From Candidatus Uhrbacteria bacterium (GTDB lineage: Bacteria > Patescibacteriota > Patescibacteriia > GWA2-47-26), in NCBI GenBank assembly GCA_016187515.1, contig JACPJN010000001.1:1-62097 (forward strand): a stretch of DNA of 62,097 nt. The letters run 5' to 3'. The translations under genes and the position numbers were made by a program. Positions 8,655 through 17,061 of this stretch are shown piece after piece. The notes under the pieces were generated by a model that had not been told where the DNA came from, searched no databases, and saw only the letters and a list, made by a program, of their open reading frames with translations. Within the stretch, counting starts at the first letter, position 1. Each line of letters starts with the position of its first letter.

Positions 8655-8684
8655 TTGGCAGAAGTTTGGCAGGTGTGGTATAAT
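8655..8684 (+). promoter_or_regulatory. Extended -10 promoter
   Basis: TTGGCA, 18-nt spacer, TGgTATAAT (TATAAT 8679-8684). Confidence 0.6.
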
Positions 8685-8729
8685 AACCCAATAACCCAAT
8701 AACCCAATAACCCAATAACCCAATAACCC
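8682..8729 (+). repeat. Perfect tandem octamer (AATAACCC) x6
   Basis: Six exact head-to-tail copies counted. The array starts inside the -10 box and ends 6 nt before ATG 8736. Confidence 0.95.
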
Positions 8730-8735
8730 AATCTT

Positions 8736-9167
8736 ATGTCTAAATTCATCAAAACCGGTTTAGTCATTTCCGGGATAATTCTTTTCGGCGCCGGGTGCGC
8801 GCGAGGGGCCAAGGATTACGCCGCCCCGACTGCCCAAGCCCCGGATACGGGGGCGAACGCCGTGGCAGAAGGGAGCGTGCCAACGCCGGAGGCCGTAATT
8901 GAATATACTGACGAGGGATTTAATCCTTCCACCCTGCGCGTACTGGCCGGAACTAAAGTTACCTTTGTAAATAAAGGGGCTAAAGCGGTCTGGCCGGCTT
9001 CCGGCGTGCATCCCACTCATGATATTTGTCCGGGATTTGACGCGGGAAAGACCTTGGCAGCCGGGGAGAGTTATTCCTATGTATTTGAACAGGAGGCCGA
9101 ATGTCCCTTCCATAATCATGTCGCGCCGGGTGAAAAAGGCGCCATTGAAGTTAAGGTAGCAAAATAA
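8736..9167 (+). CDS. Cupredoxin-fold lipoprotein (plastocyanin/azurin-like)
   Basis: Signal peptide with lipobox LFGAGC. The C-terminal half has His/Cys ligand-like residues (HPTHDICPG ... CPFHNH) in a cupredoxin-like arrangement. Confidence 0.65.
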   Translation: MSKFIKTGLVISGIILFGAGCARGAKDYAAPTAQAPDTGANAVAEGSVPTPEAVIEYTDEGFNPSTLRVLAGTKVTFVNKGAKAVWPASGVHPTHDICPGFDAGKTLAAGESYSYVFEQEAECPFHNHVAPGEKGAIEVKVAK

Positions 9168-9255
9168 AGGTTCCTCTGGCGATGTATATTTATTGGTGGC
9201 GGATGGTTCGATTGAATGTCCAACGTTCCTTAGACGGAAAAAATCAGGAACAAAC

Positions 9256-9546
9256 ATGAGCAAGCGCTCCGGAGGCAATGACATGGACAGCCAGCCATTT
9301 GATTTGTTGGAATTGACCTGCCAGCGTCTTTACAAATACGCGAGCGACGAAGATGCGGCTTGGCCGCTTAACGGCCGCGAGATTGCGGATATGATCAGGG
9401 CATGTATCAGCACGGGCAACGCGGATTTTGTCCGCGCGGAGACCGTGCGGGTCTTGCGCGAACTGAAGGAAAGAGGAATTCTCGCGGAAACCAGTTTTGA
9501 AACTGACTGGTATCGGCCGGGCCCCAACTTCACAACCCGTAAGTAA
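9256..9546 (+). CDS. Hypothetical small protein (96 aa)
   Basis: First ATG within ORF 9193..9546 (the ORF itself opens with TTG). Start uncertain. Confidence 0.45.
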   Translation: MSKRSGGNDMDSQPFDLLELTCQRLYKYASDEDAAWPLNGREIADMIRACISTGNADFVRAETVRVLRELKERGILAETSFETDWYRPGPNFTTRK

Positions 9547-9562
9547 AAGAGGAGGATAAGCG

Positions 9563-10333
9563 ATGGTCCAACTGCGCCTTGACAACTTGGCTAAACGCGG
9601 CAAGGTTCATCCCTTGCGTGTTTTGGAAGTTGTTGCCGGAAATACTCCGGGCGTTGATTCAGTTGAGCAGCTGCTCAACAGTCCGACCCCCGACAACCCC
9701 GGCATTGTAGATGGCCGTGCTTTGGCAATCTACCTGATGTTCCAAGGTAATTTGTGCGACATTGCGCTGCCGGATCTTGCAGGTGTCTTTGGCATCCAAC
9801 TCATGCAGGCGCGTTTGCTGTACATGAAAATTGCGCGCCGGCAGGATGCTGAACCCAAATTCAGGGCTGATCTTCAGCAGAAGGTTCAGCAACTGCAAGC
9901 AGCCGCAAGCGGGACAGCGGCAATACCGCAGACGACAGCGCCGCCGCCAGCCGCTGACGGCGAAGCCCCGGCAACTGTTCATGATGACAAAGTCGATATG
10001 GGTATTTTCGCGGCGGATGGAGAACCGATTGATAAGGTTGAAAAATGGCGTGTGATTTTTGCGGACGCGAGATTGGCGGGAAAAATAGTTGATTTCGCGA
10101 ATACGGAAATGATTGATGCGATCAATGCGGCGCTCAAACTGCTGCAGACGGGCCGGCTGCGCGACGATGTAAATGCTCGCCGGGCGGTTGAGCGCTTGCA
10201 CGCGGCAGGGGCGCAGATGCTTGAAATAGCAGAGATGTTTGCGGGGGAAACACCGCTGCAAGAGGCAGCCGGGGATCAGCATGGCGAATCACCGGCGGGG
10301 CAGGTGCATTCCGGGGACTCCGGAAGTTCGTAA
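9563..10333 (+). CDS. Hypothetical protein (256 aa)
   Basis: Strong SD (GAGGAGG) 7 nt upstream of ATG 9563. Ala/Pro-rich central linker. Confidence 0.6.
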   Translation: MVQLRLDNLAKRGKVHPLRVLEVVAGNTPGVDSVEQLLNSPTPDNPGIVDGRALAIYLMFQGNLCDIALPDLAGVFGIQLMQARLLYMKIARRQDAEPKFRADLQQKVQQLQAAASGTAAIPQTTAPPPAADGEAPATVHDDKVDMGIFAADGEPIDKVEKWRVIFADARLAGKIVDFANTEMIDAINAALKLLQTGRLRDDVNARRAVERLHAAGAQMLEIAEMFAGETPLQEAAGDQHGESPAGQVHSGDSGSS

Positions 10334-10407
10334 AGACAATCTCGGCCATAAGGCGGTGAAAGAGGGACACCGCCTCTTTATTTTCCCGGTCATTTGATTT
10401 GGCGGGG

Positions 10408-10436
10408 TTGACAAAAATAAGCCCGTATTTTATACT
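10408..10436 (+). promoter_or_regulatory. hrcA operon promoter
   Basis: TTGACA-N17-TATACT immediately upstream of CIRCE. Confidence 0.75.
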
Positions 10437-10440
10437 ATCA

Positions 10441-10467
10441 TTAGCACTCTTGGATTGGGACTGCTAA
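10441..10467 (+). promoter_or_regulatory. CIRCE operator (HrcA binding site)
   Basis: TTAGCACTC-N9-GACTGCTAA against the consensus TTAGCACTC-N9-GAGTGCTAA (one mismatch). Confidence 0.9.
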
Positions 10468-10477
10468 CTTTGTTAAT

Positions 10478-11167
10478 ATGCTTTTAGATGGCAGAAAAGC
10501 CCAGCTTTTAAGCGCGGTGGTAAAGGAATACGCCCGGACTGCCCAGCCGGTCGCTTCCGGACATTTACAAGAAGAATTAGGGGTTTCTTCCGCAACGGTA
10601 CGCAATGAGATGGCTGAGCTTGAGCGCGGAGGATATCTTCGTCAGCCGCATACTTCAGCCGGACGGGTTCCGACGGAGGAGGGCTATCGTTATTATGTCG
10701 CGCATTGTCTGGAGGAGCAGAATGTAAAAAACGAGGTGGATGAAATGCAGGCGACTGTGCGTCCCGCACTTCCGCATGAAGCGCGGATGAAACGACTCGC
10801 GCGCGAGCTTGCGAGTGAGATGCGCGAAGGAGTATTTATTGGATTTACTCCGCAGTCCTCCTATTATACCGGACTTTCGTATTTGTTTGACCAACCGGAA
10901 TTTGAATCAGTTGATTTTGTGCGCCACATCGGCGATATAGTTGATAACCTTGATCAGATTGTTGCGAAATTGTTTGAAGAAGTCGCGCCGGGAGTGCAAG
11001 TATACGTGGGTTCGGAAAATCCGTTTGGCGCGCAATGCGGAACCGTGCTTTTGCGCACCGGTATTGATCGGCCGATGATGGGGGTCTTGGGTCCGATGCG
11101 GATGGATTATGATCGGGCGATTGGGATGATGAAAGGACTCGGACGGATATTAGAGATTGGATATTAG
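10478..11167 (+). CDS. hrcA: Heat-inducible repressor HrcA (short, 229 aa)
   Basis: The N-terminal wHTH (RKAQLLSAVVKEYARTAQPVASGHL...SSATVRNEMAELE) is typical of HrcA. Context is CIRCE-hrcA-grpE-dnaK. Confidence 0.85.
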   Translation: MLLDGRKAQLLSAVVKEYARTAQPVASGHLQEELGVSSATVRNEMAELERGGYLRQPHTSAGRVPTEEGYRYYVAHCLEEQNVKNEVDEMQATVRPALPHEARMKRLARELASEMREGVFIGFTPQSSYYTGLSYLFDQPEFESVDFVRHIGDIVDNLDQIVAKLFEEVAPGVQVYVGSENPFGAQCGTVLLRTGIDRPMMGVLGPMRMDYDRAIGMMKGLGRILEIGY

Positions 11168-11177
11168 ATATTGCACT

Positions 11178-11699
11178 ATGGAACCACAAGAAAAAACAAT
11201 TGAGGAACTTAATAAGCAAGCCGAAGAATATCTGAACGGCTGGAAACGGGCGAAGGCGGATCTGATTAATTATCAAAAACAAGCGGAACGCGAGCGGGCG
11301 CAGTGGGCGATGTTTGCCAATGCCGCGTGCGTGAAAGCAATGCTGCCGGTGTTGGATAGTTTGGAGGCGGCGGTTGCTCCCACCCCTCCGCTCCCACCCC
11401 TCCTTACCTCCCCTCGGGCAGGGGAGGAAACAATTTCTCCCCCTTTTCAAGGGGGAGTTAGAGGGGGTCTTGTGGGAGGGATTGAAAAAATCCGCGATCA
11501 GATGGTGGAGGCATTGCGTGAAATGGGGGTGGAGCAGATAAAATCCGTAGGCGAGCCGGTCAATCCCGAGTTTCACGAGGTGATTGCGACAGAACCGAGT
11601 CAAGAACATGCCACAGGTTTGATTATTAAAGAAGCCCAGCGCGGCTATACCATGCACGGCAAAGTTCTGCGCGCGGCAAAGGTCATTGTAAGTGAGTAA
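11178..11699 (+). CDS. grpE: Nucleotide exchange factor GrpE carrying an in-frame repeat insert
   Basis: ATG 11178. KRAKADLINYQKQAERE, LLPVLDSLE and a C-terminal GY..HGKVLR.A.V are GrpE-like. Confidence 0.85.
   Translation: MEPQEKTIEELNKQAEEYLNGWKRAKADLINYQKQAERERAQWAMFANAACVKAMLPVLDSLEAAVAPTPPLPPLLTSPRAGEETISPPFQGGVRGGLVGGIEKIRDQMVEALREMGVEQIKSVGEPVNPEFHEVIATEPSQEHATGLIIKEAQRGYTMHGKVLRAAKVIVSE
11377..11480. repeat. Double-hairpin C/G-tract element inside grpE
   Basis: Near-identical to 58651-58732. Hairpins are CCTCCCC-N7-GGGGAGG and CTCCCCC-N7-GGGGGAG. Read as PTPPLPPLLTSPRAGEETISPPFQGGVRGG. Confidence 0.85.
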
Positions 11700-11829
11700 T
11701 AGAAGCCAGTTACACGCCATCACTACGCTAGTAAGCGCCAATTGGCGTATCCGTGGCGTAGTCAATGGCGTAAATTGGCCTCTACAAGTAAGCCATATAG
11801 GTAAATCATAAAATTAAGTAAAACAAGAT

Positions 11830-13653
11830 ATGTCAAAGATCATAGGCATCGATCTGGGAACGTCTAATTCCGCCGCCGCGGTAATGCAAGGAGACGCGCC
11901 GGTCATTATCCCTTCGGCTGAAGGGTCAACGCTGGGAGGCAAAGCGTTTCCATCCTACGTGGCGTTTACCAAAGACGGCGAGTTGCTCGTGGGCGAGCCG
12001 GCGCGCCGTCAAGCCGTGTCCAATCCGGAGCGCACGATTTCCGCGGCCAAGCGCAAAATGGGAACGGATCATGTTTGGGAAATGGACGGCAAGAAATATA
12101 CGCCCCAGCAAATCTCCGCGTTTATTTTGCAAAAAATCAAGCGCGATGCCGAGGCCTATCTGGGCGCGCCAGTGGAAAAAGCCGTGATTACTGTGCCGGC
12201 GTATTTTAATGATGCCCAGCGTCAGGCCACCAAAGACGCGGGCGCGATTGCCGGTCTGGAAGTCGTGCGTTTGGTCAACGAACCCACCGCGGCCGCGCTT
12301 TCTTACGGACTTGACAAACTTGGCAAAGAACAGAAGGTGCTGGTGTTTGACTTGGGCGGCGGCACGCTGGATGTGACGATCATGGATATGGGCAGCGGCG
12401 GAACTTTTGAAGTGCTGGCTACCTCCGGCGACACGGCGCTCGGCGGCACGGACATGGATAATGCGTTGATTGATCATGTCGCCGGGGAATTCAAACGCAC
12501 GGACGGCATTGACTTGCGCAAAGATAAAATGGCCATGCAGCGGCTAAAGGAAGGCGTGGAAAAAGCCAAGATTGAACTTTCCACAACTTTAGAGACCGAC
12601 GTGAATTTACCTTTCGTGACCGCCGATGCCAACGGGCCTAAGCACTTGCAAGTTAAACTGACTCGCGCGATTTTGGAAGAGCTCGTGCGGCCGATTGTGG
12701 ATCGCTGTCGTAAACCGCTGGAGCAAGCCATCTCCGATGCCAAACTAAACCCCACGCAAATCCATCGGGTCATTATGGTGGGCGGGCCAACGCGCATGCC
12801 GATCGTGCAAAAATTCGTGGAAGAGTATGTGGGCAAAAAAATTGAGCGCGGGGTTGACCCGATGGAATGCGTGGCCAAAGGCGCCGCGATTCAGGCCGCG
12901 GTCTTGGGCGGAGAAGTCAAAGATGTTTTGCTTTTGGATGTTACGCCTTTAACGCTGGGCATTGAAACCTTGGGTAGCGTGTCCACGCCTTTGATTGAGC
13001 GCAACACCACCATCCCGACTTCCAAGTCGCAAGTATTTTCCACGGCGGCGGATAACCAGACCACCGTGGAAATTCATGTGCTGCAAGGCGAACGCTCCAT
13101 GGCTGCGGACAACCGCACGCTGGGGCGATTTATGCTGGATGGTATTCCGCCCTCCCCGCGCGGTATGCCGCAAGTGGAAGTATCATTTGACATTGACGCG
13201 AATGGAATCCTCACGGTTACGGCTAAAGATAAAGCGTCCGGAAAATCACAAAATATTGTGATTAAGGACTCCAGCGCGCTGAATAAAGAAGAGATAGAGA
13301 AGATGAAAAAAGAAGCCGAGGCATTTGCGGTCCAAGATAAACAAAAGAAAGAACTTATTGATTTGCGCAATCAAGCCGACAGCGTGATCTATACTGCGGA
13401 AAAGTCATTGCGCGATGCCGGCGACAAAGCTCCGGCGGATGTCAAAAAATTGGTGGAAGAAAAAATCACCGCGATTAAAAGTGTGAAAGATGGCAACGAC
13501 GCCGGCGCGCTCAAAAAAGCTCTTGACGAACTCCAAGCCGAACTCTCCAAAATAGGGGAGGCGATGTACAAACAACAGAAAACAGAAGACGGAGGACAGA
13601 AGACGGATAATAAAAAGGACGAAGGGCCGATCGAAGGTGAAGTGCAGAAATAG
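11830..13653 (+). CDS. dnaK: Chaperone DnaK (Hsp70)
   Basis: [19 protein letters not shown] and the full 607-aa Hsp70 layout. Ends with TAG. Confidence 0.97.
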   Translation: MSKIIGIDLGTSNSAAAVMQGDAPVIIPSAEGSTLGGKAFPSYVAFTKDGELLVGEPARRQAVSNPERTISAAKRKMGTDHVWEMDGKKYTPQQISAFILQKIKRDAEAYLGAPVEKAVITVPAYFNDAQRQATKDAGAIAGLEVVRLVNEPTAAALSYGLDKLGKEQKVLVFDLGGGTLDVTIMDMGSGGTFEVLATSGDTALGGTDMDNALIDHVAGEFKRTDGIDLRKDKMAMQRLKEGVEKAKIELSTTLETDVNLPFVTADANGPKHLQVKLTRAILEELVRPIVDRCRKPLEQAISDAKLNPTQIHRVIMVGGPTRMPIVQKFVEEYVGKKIERGVDPMECVAKGAAIQAAVLGGEVKDVLLLDVTPLTLGIETLGSVSTPLIERNTTIPTSKSQVFSTAADNQTTVEIHVLQGERSMAADNRTLGRFMLDGIPPSPRGMPQVEVSFDIDANGILTVTAKDKASGKSQNIVIKDSSALNKEEIEKMKKEAEAFAVQDKQKKELIDLRNQADSVIYTAEKSLRDAGDKAPADVKKLVEEKITAIKSVKDGNDAGALKKALDELQAELSKIGEAMYKQQKTEDGGQKTDNKKDEGPIEGEVQK

Positions 13654-13850
13654 ACAGATGGCCACTGATGTTGGGCAGATAGCCACCGATCACGGATCAC
13701 CCCCTCTTAAGTTAAGAGGGGGTAGGGGGAGTTACGACAATTCACAATCAATCCCTCTCCCTCGCATGGGAGAGGGTAGGGTGAGGGTCGCGGGGATCCA
13801 CAACGATTTTCTCCCCCTCTTAAGTTAAGAGGGGGTAGGGGGAGTTATGA
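13654..13850. repeat. Cluster of short palindromic repeat units
   Basis: Contains GATGGCCACTGATGTTG...GATAGCCACCGATCAC (also at 48740-48805), two copies of CCCCCTCTTAAGTTAAGAGGGGGTAGGGGGAGTTA, and CCCTCTCCCTCGCATGGGAGAGGGTAGGGTGAGGGT. Confidence 0.85.
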
Positions 13851-13904
13851 CAATCACTCCGTCTTGTATTTTTCCACCGCCATGATACAATCCGGAATAC
13901 AATT

Positions 13905-14738
13905 ATGAAAGGCAATAAACAGATCGCCTTGTTTGAAGGGCAAAAAATCCGCCGTCATTGGGATGCGCAGAAGGAGGTATGGTATTTTTCGGTTGTGGAT
14001 ATTATTTTTGCGCTTACTGAAAGCGCCAATCCGACGGATTACTTGAAAAAGCTGAGAAAAAGAGATCCCGAACTTGCTGGCTACATAGGGACAAATTGTC
14101 CCCAGGTAGAAATGGCTACAGAAACGGGGAAAAAGAGGAAAATGTTAGCAGGAAATCCCGAACATTTGTTTAGAATTATTCAATCTATTCCGAGCAAAAA
14201 AGCCGAACCTATAAAGATTTGGTTAGCCAAAGTCGGGTACGAAAGAATTCAAGAGGTGTCTGACCCTGAAAAAGCATTAAACAGATCAAGATCATATTGG
14301 CAACGCATGGGACGGAGCGAAAAATGGATCCAACAGCGGATGATGGGGCAGGAGATACGAAATAAGCTTACGGATTATTGGAAACATAACGAAGTGAAGG
14401 AACAAGACGAATACGCAATACTCACGAACATTATTCACCAAGAATGGAGCGACTTGACGGTAAAGGAACACAAGAACTTAAAAAATCTGAACACGCAGAA
14501 TTTACGCGACCACATGTCGGACGCGGAGTTGGTGTTTACGGCGTTGGCGGAATTGTCTACGCGGCAAATTGCCGAAACAATGAGCACGAAAGGTTTTGAA
14601 GAAAATAAAATTCCCGCCAAAAAAGGCGGCCGCATCGCCAAGAACGCACGCAAGGAATTGGAAAACAAAACAGGCAAGAAAGTCGTCAGCGGAGAGAATT
14701 ATTTACCCTCCTCAAAAACGAGGAAGAATCTGAAGTAG
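13905..14738 (+). CDS. Bro-N domain protein (DinD/antirepressor-like)
   Basis: The N-terminus FEGQKIRRHWDAQKEVWYFSVVDIIFALTES fits the Bro-N pattern. The C-terminal half resembles DinD-type proteins. Confidence 0.7.
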   Translation: MKGNKQIALFEGQKIRRHWDAQKEVWYFSVVDIIFALTESANPTDYLKKLRKRDPELAGYIGTNCPQVEMATETGKKRKMLAGNPEHLFRIIQSIPSKKAEPIKIWLAKVGYERIQEVSDPEKALNRSRSYWQRMGRSEKWIQQRMMGQEIRNKLTDYWKHNEVKEQDEYAILTNIIHQEWSDLTVKEHKNLKNLNTQNLRDHMSDAELVFTALAELSTRQIAETMSTKGFEENKIPAKKGGRIAKNARKELENKTGKKVVSGENYLPSSKTRKNLK

Positions 14739-14749
14739 TGTGCAATCAA

Positions 14750-14890
14750 TCTCCCTCCCTTAAAATAAGGGAGGGTTGGGTGGGTTATGAATTTCACCTG
14801 TCATTGCGAGGCCGCCCATTCGGGCGGCCGCGGCAATCTCCTAAATAATCCCTCTCCCTCGCATGGGAGAGGGGAGGGTGAGGGTGAGGG
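14750..14890. repeat. Second cluster of the same palindromic units
   Basis: Contains CTCCCTCCCTTAAAATAAGGGAGGGTTGGGTGGGTTATGA, TGTCATTGCGAG...GCGGCAATCTC, and CCCTCTCCCTCGCATGGGAGAGGGGAGGGTGAGGGTGAGGG (a direct repeat of 13753-13788). Confidence 0.85.
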
Positions 14891-14952
14891 CACACCAAAT
14901 TTTCTCCCCGCTTTTGATTTTTTTCTCCTGATACTGTAAAATATGAGGAAGT

Positions 14953-15723
14953 ATGGAATTAATGTTTGATGAACAGCTTGCGATAAAGTATAAAAGCGCA
15001 TCACAAAGAGCACGCGTTTTAACTGAAAATTGGGTTGATAAATCAGTTTTTTGTCCTAATTGCGGACGTATAGATATAAATAAATATCCCAATAATCAAC
15101 CAGTCGCGGATTTTTTCTGTTCAAATTGCAAAGAAGATTACGAATTAAAAAGTAAGCAACATAGCATTGGCACAAAAATTCTTGACGGTGCCTATCGCAC
15201 AAAAATCGAGCGATTACGGAGCGATAGCAATCCTAATCTATTTGTGCTGAACTACCACCTGCAAAATTTATCAGTCCTTAATTTTTTTGTTATACCGAAG
15301 CACTTTTTCGTGCCAGGAATAATTGAGAAACGAAAGCCACTTGCGGCGAGTGCCAGACGCGCGGGTTGGATAGGTTCCAACATTCTTTTACAAAAAATTC
15401 CAAGAATCGGGAAAATATTTTTAGTGCGGCAACAACAAGTTGAATCAAAAGAGAAAGTACTTGCTGAATGGAAAAAGACGCTGTTCTTGCGAGAAGAAAA
15501 AGAAATATCCGCAAGAGGATGGTTATTAGATATCATGCGTTGTGTTGAAAAAATTGGGAAGCATGAATTTACCCTTAACGATGTTTATGAGTTTGAGAGT
15601 GAATTGGGTATACTTCATCCCGACAATAAACATATCAAAGACAAAATCCGTCAGCAATTGCAGGTGTTGCGCGATAAAGGTTATCTCGATTTCGTATCGC
15701 GCGGATATTATCGCCTGGCATAA
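14953..15723 (+). CDS. DpnI-family methyl-directed restriction endonuclease (Dam-replacing family)
   Basis: 256 aa. From memory it is collinear with R.DpnI: YKS.SQ.AR.LTE.WV...CPNCG, VADF.C..C...ELKSK, GAY, RKPL...ARRAGWIG.NI, and the C-terminal IK.KIRQQLQ.LRDK winged helix. Confidence 0.8.
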   Translation: MELMFDEQLAIKYKSASQRARVLTENWVDKSVFCPNCGRIDINKYPNNQPVADFFCSNCKEDYELKSKQHSIGTKILDGAYRTKIERLRSDSNPNLFVLNYHLQNLSVLNFFVIPKHFFVPGIIEKRKPLAASARRAGWIGSNILLQKIPRIGKIFLVRQQQVESKEKVLAEWKKTLFLREEKEISARGWLLDIMRCVEKIGKHEFTLNDVYEFESELGILHPDNKHIKDKIRQQLQVLRDKGYLDFVSRGYYRLA

Positions 15724-15726
15724 ATT

Positions 15727-15903
15727 ATGGGATATAAAAATCTTCAATCTCAAGACGACAAGATTTATTCGTATTTCAGAACCACTTGCGAGCCTTTTGA
15801 TTACTTGGAATGGGATGGTAAAACTTTACAAGTATGGGATGGAAACACTATTGTCGAAGTATATCGGCGAAAGGAAATTGGGTTTATATTGCGAGGGGAA
15901 TAA
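15727..15903 (+). CDS. Possible small ORF (58 aa), below the track cutoff
   Basis: ATG 15727 lies 4 nt after the DpnI-like stop, open to TAA 15901-15903 by my own translation. No homology evidence. Confidence 0.3.
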   Translation: MGYKNLQSQDDKIYSYFRTTCEPFDYLEWDGKTLQVWDGNTIVEVYRRKEIGFILRGE

Positions 15904-15911
15904 ATAATTGT

Positions 15912-16070
15912 ATGCAACTCAAGGAATTTATAAAGCAATTGCAGAAAATTGGAGAAAAACATGGTGAAGACGCGGAAGTCATTATGGCTGACAACATTCC
16001 GGTAGTTGCCCCTGTTTTTTCAAGTGATTATCCAAACAAGAAAAATGTAGTTATAACAGATGAAAAGTAA
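15912..16070 (+). CDS. Possible small ORF (52 aa)
   Basis: Internal ATG of ORF 15834..16070, following the previous stop by 8 nt. Confidence 0.3.
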   Translation: MQLKEFIKQLQKIGEKHGEDAEVIMADNIPVVAPVFSSDYPNKKNVVITDEK

Positions 16071-16073
16071 CGA

Positions 16074-16103
16074 CATTCTCACATTCTCAAGAATGTGAGA
16101 ATG
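16074..16103. repeat. Palindrome with CATTCT...AGAATG termini
   Basis: CATTCTCACATTC-TCAA-GAATGTGAGAATG has a 13-bp perfect stem. It belongs with 18032, 19214 and 22035. Confidence 0.85.
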
Positions 16104-16231
16104 CTGTGGTGGGGGATGTCATCGCGAGAAAGTCCATCACAGTGTCCGTGGCAACCTTGTTCGTGTGGGCGCTTTACCGTTAGGGTAAGGGCAGAGTGAG
16201 TTACGATTTTTATTAACTCATGTAAAAATAT

Positions 16232-16468
16232 ATGGAAGATAAAAAGGCATTCATAGTGGTCACGGAAACAGCTAAAAATTGCACAATTGAGGATTGTGAC
16301 TTCATTGGGGATAGGCCAACTGTTAGAACTTCTGCTGAAAATACCAAATTAATTCGTGTTCGGCATTTTGCAAAAGAAGTAAAGGAACATCCAGCGAGAG
16401 CTATTTTGTTTACCGGTATTATCATTAGTGTTATATCTCTTATTATAGAATATGTATTTTTTGCGTAA
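16232..16468 (+). CDS. Small tail-anchored membrane protein (78 aa)
   Basis: AT-rich ORF with a C-terminal hydrophobic helix (ILFTGIIISVISLIIEYVFF). Confidence 0.4.
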   Translation: MEDKKAFIVVTETAKNCTIEDCDFIGDRPTVRTSAENTKLIRVRHFAKEVKEHPARAILFTGIIISVISLIIEYVFFA

Positions 16469-16624
16469 GAGAAAACTTGCAAAATTATCGTTTCGAGTGT
16501 ATTATAGTAAGCACAAATTAGTTGCCTAAACCCGTAGATCAAACTGCGAGCATGGTGTCAAAACGACTAAGTAAAGAATCAACTTTTTAAGCATTAAGTT
16601 AGATTCTAGGGATTAAGTAATTTC

Positions 16625-16840
16625 ATGCAGAAAAAAATTAAGAATTGGATACAAGCACAGAGAAAAGATATTAAGAAGTTGTTAATTGGTGGCGCGATTT
16701 TAGCGTTTTACATTTTAATTGCGAAACTTTTTGGTCAAGAAACTGACATTGGAGTAGTAGAGGCTTTTTTTGTAGGGATGCTGTTAGCAGCAATTTTTGT
16801 AAATGCCTATCGTTTTTATAAGCGGACATTTAAAAAATAA
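16625..16840 (+). CDS. Small two-helix membrane protein (71 aa)
   Basis: Two hydrophobic segments: LLIGGAILAFYILIA and FFVGMLLAAIFV. Confidence 0.45.
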   Translation: MQKKIKNWIQAQRKDIKKLLIGGAILAFYILIAKLFGQETDIGVVEAFFVGMLLAAIFVNAYRFYKRTFKK

Positions 16841-16841
16841 T

Positions 16842-17060
16842 ATGGCAAAATTTTCTTTTAATGATGTTTTCATAGATAATCCAGACAATACATTAACCCC
16901 TCGGAGGAGTATTCGTATCGGTGCAGCAACTTTTGGATCGGGAATTACTTTTGGTCCGGGGGTTGCTTTTGGAGGAATAAATATTTTTGATTTTAAAGGG
17001 TGCGATATTGAAGCTGATGATGAAGCCGATATTTTAGTAATAAAGGGATTCTATAAGTAG
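16842..17060 (+). CDS. Small Gly-rich protein (72 aa)
   Basis: ATG 16842 lies 1 nt after the previous stop, so the pair looks tightly coupled. Confidence 0.4.
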   Translation: MAKFSFNDVFIDNPDNTLTPRRSIRIGAATFGSGITFGPGVAFGGINIFDFKGCDIEADDEADILVIKGFYK

Positions 17061-17061
17061 T

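Noticed and set aside
8682-8729. Possible CRISPR arrays: the octamer array and the palindrome clusters at 13.7 and 14.8 kb
   Set aside because: The octamers are contiguous with no spacers. The palindromic units are heterogeneous, irregularly spaced and dispersed through the window, including inside genes. No cas genes are present.
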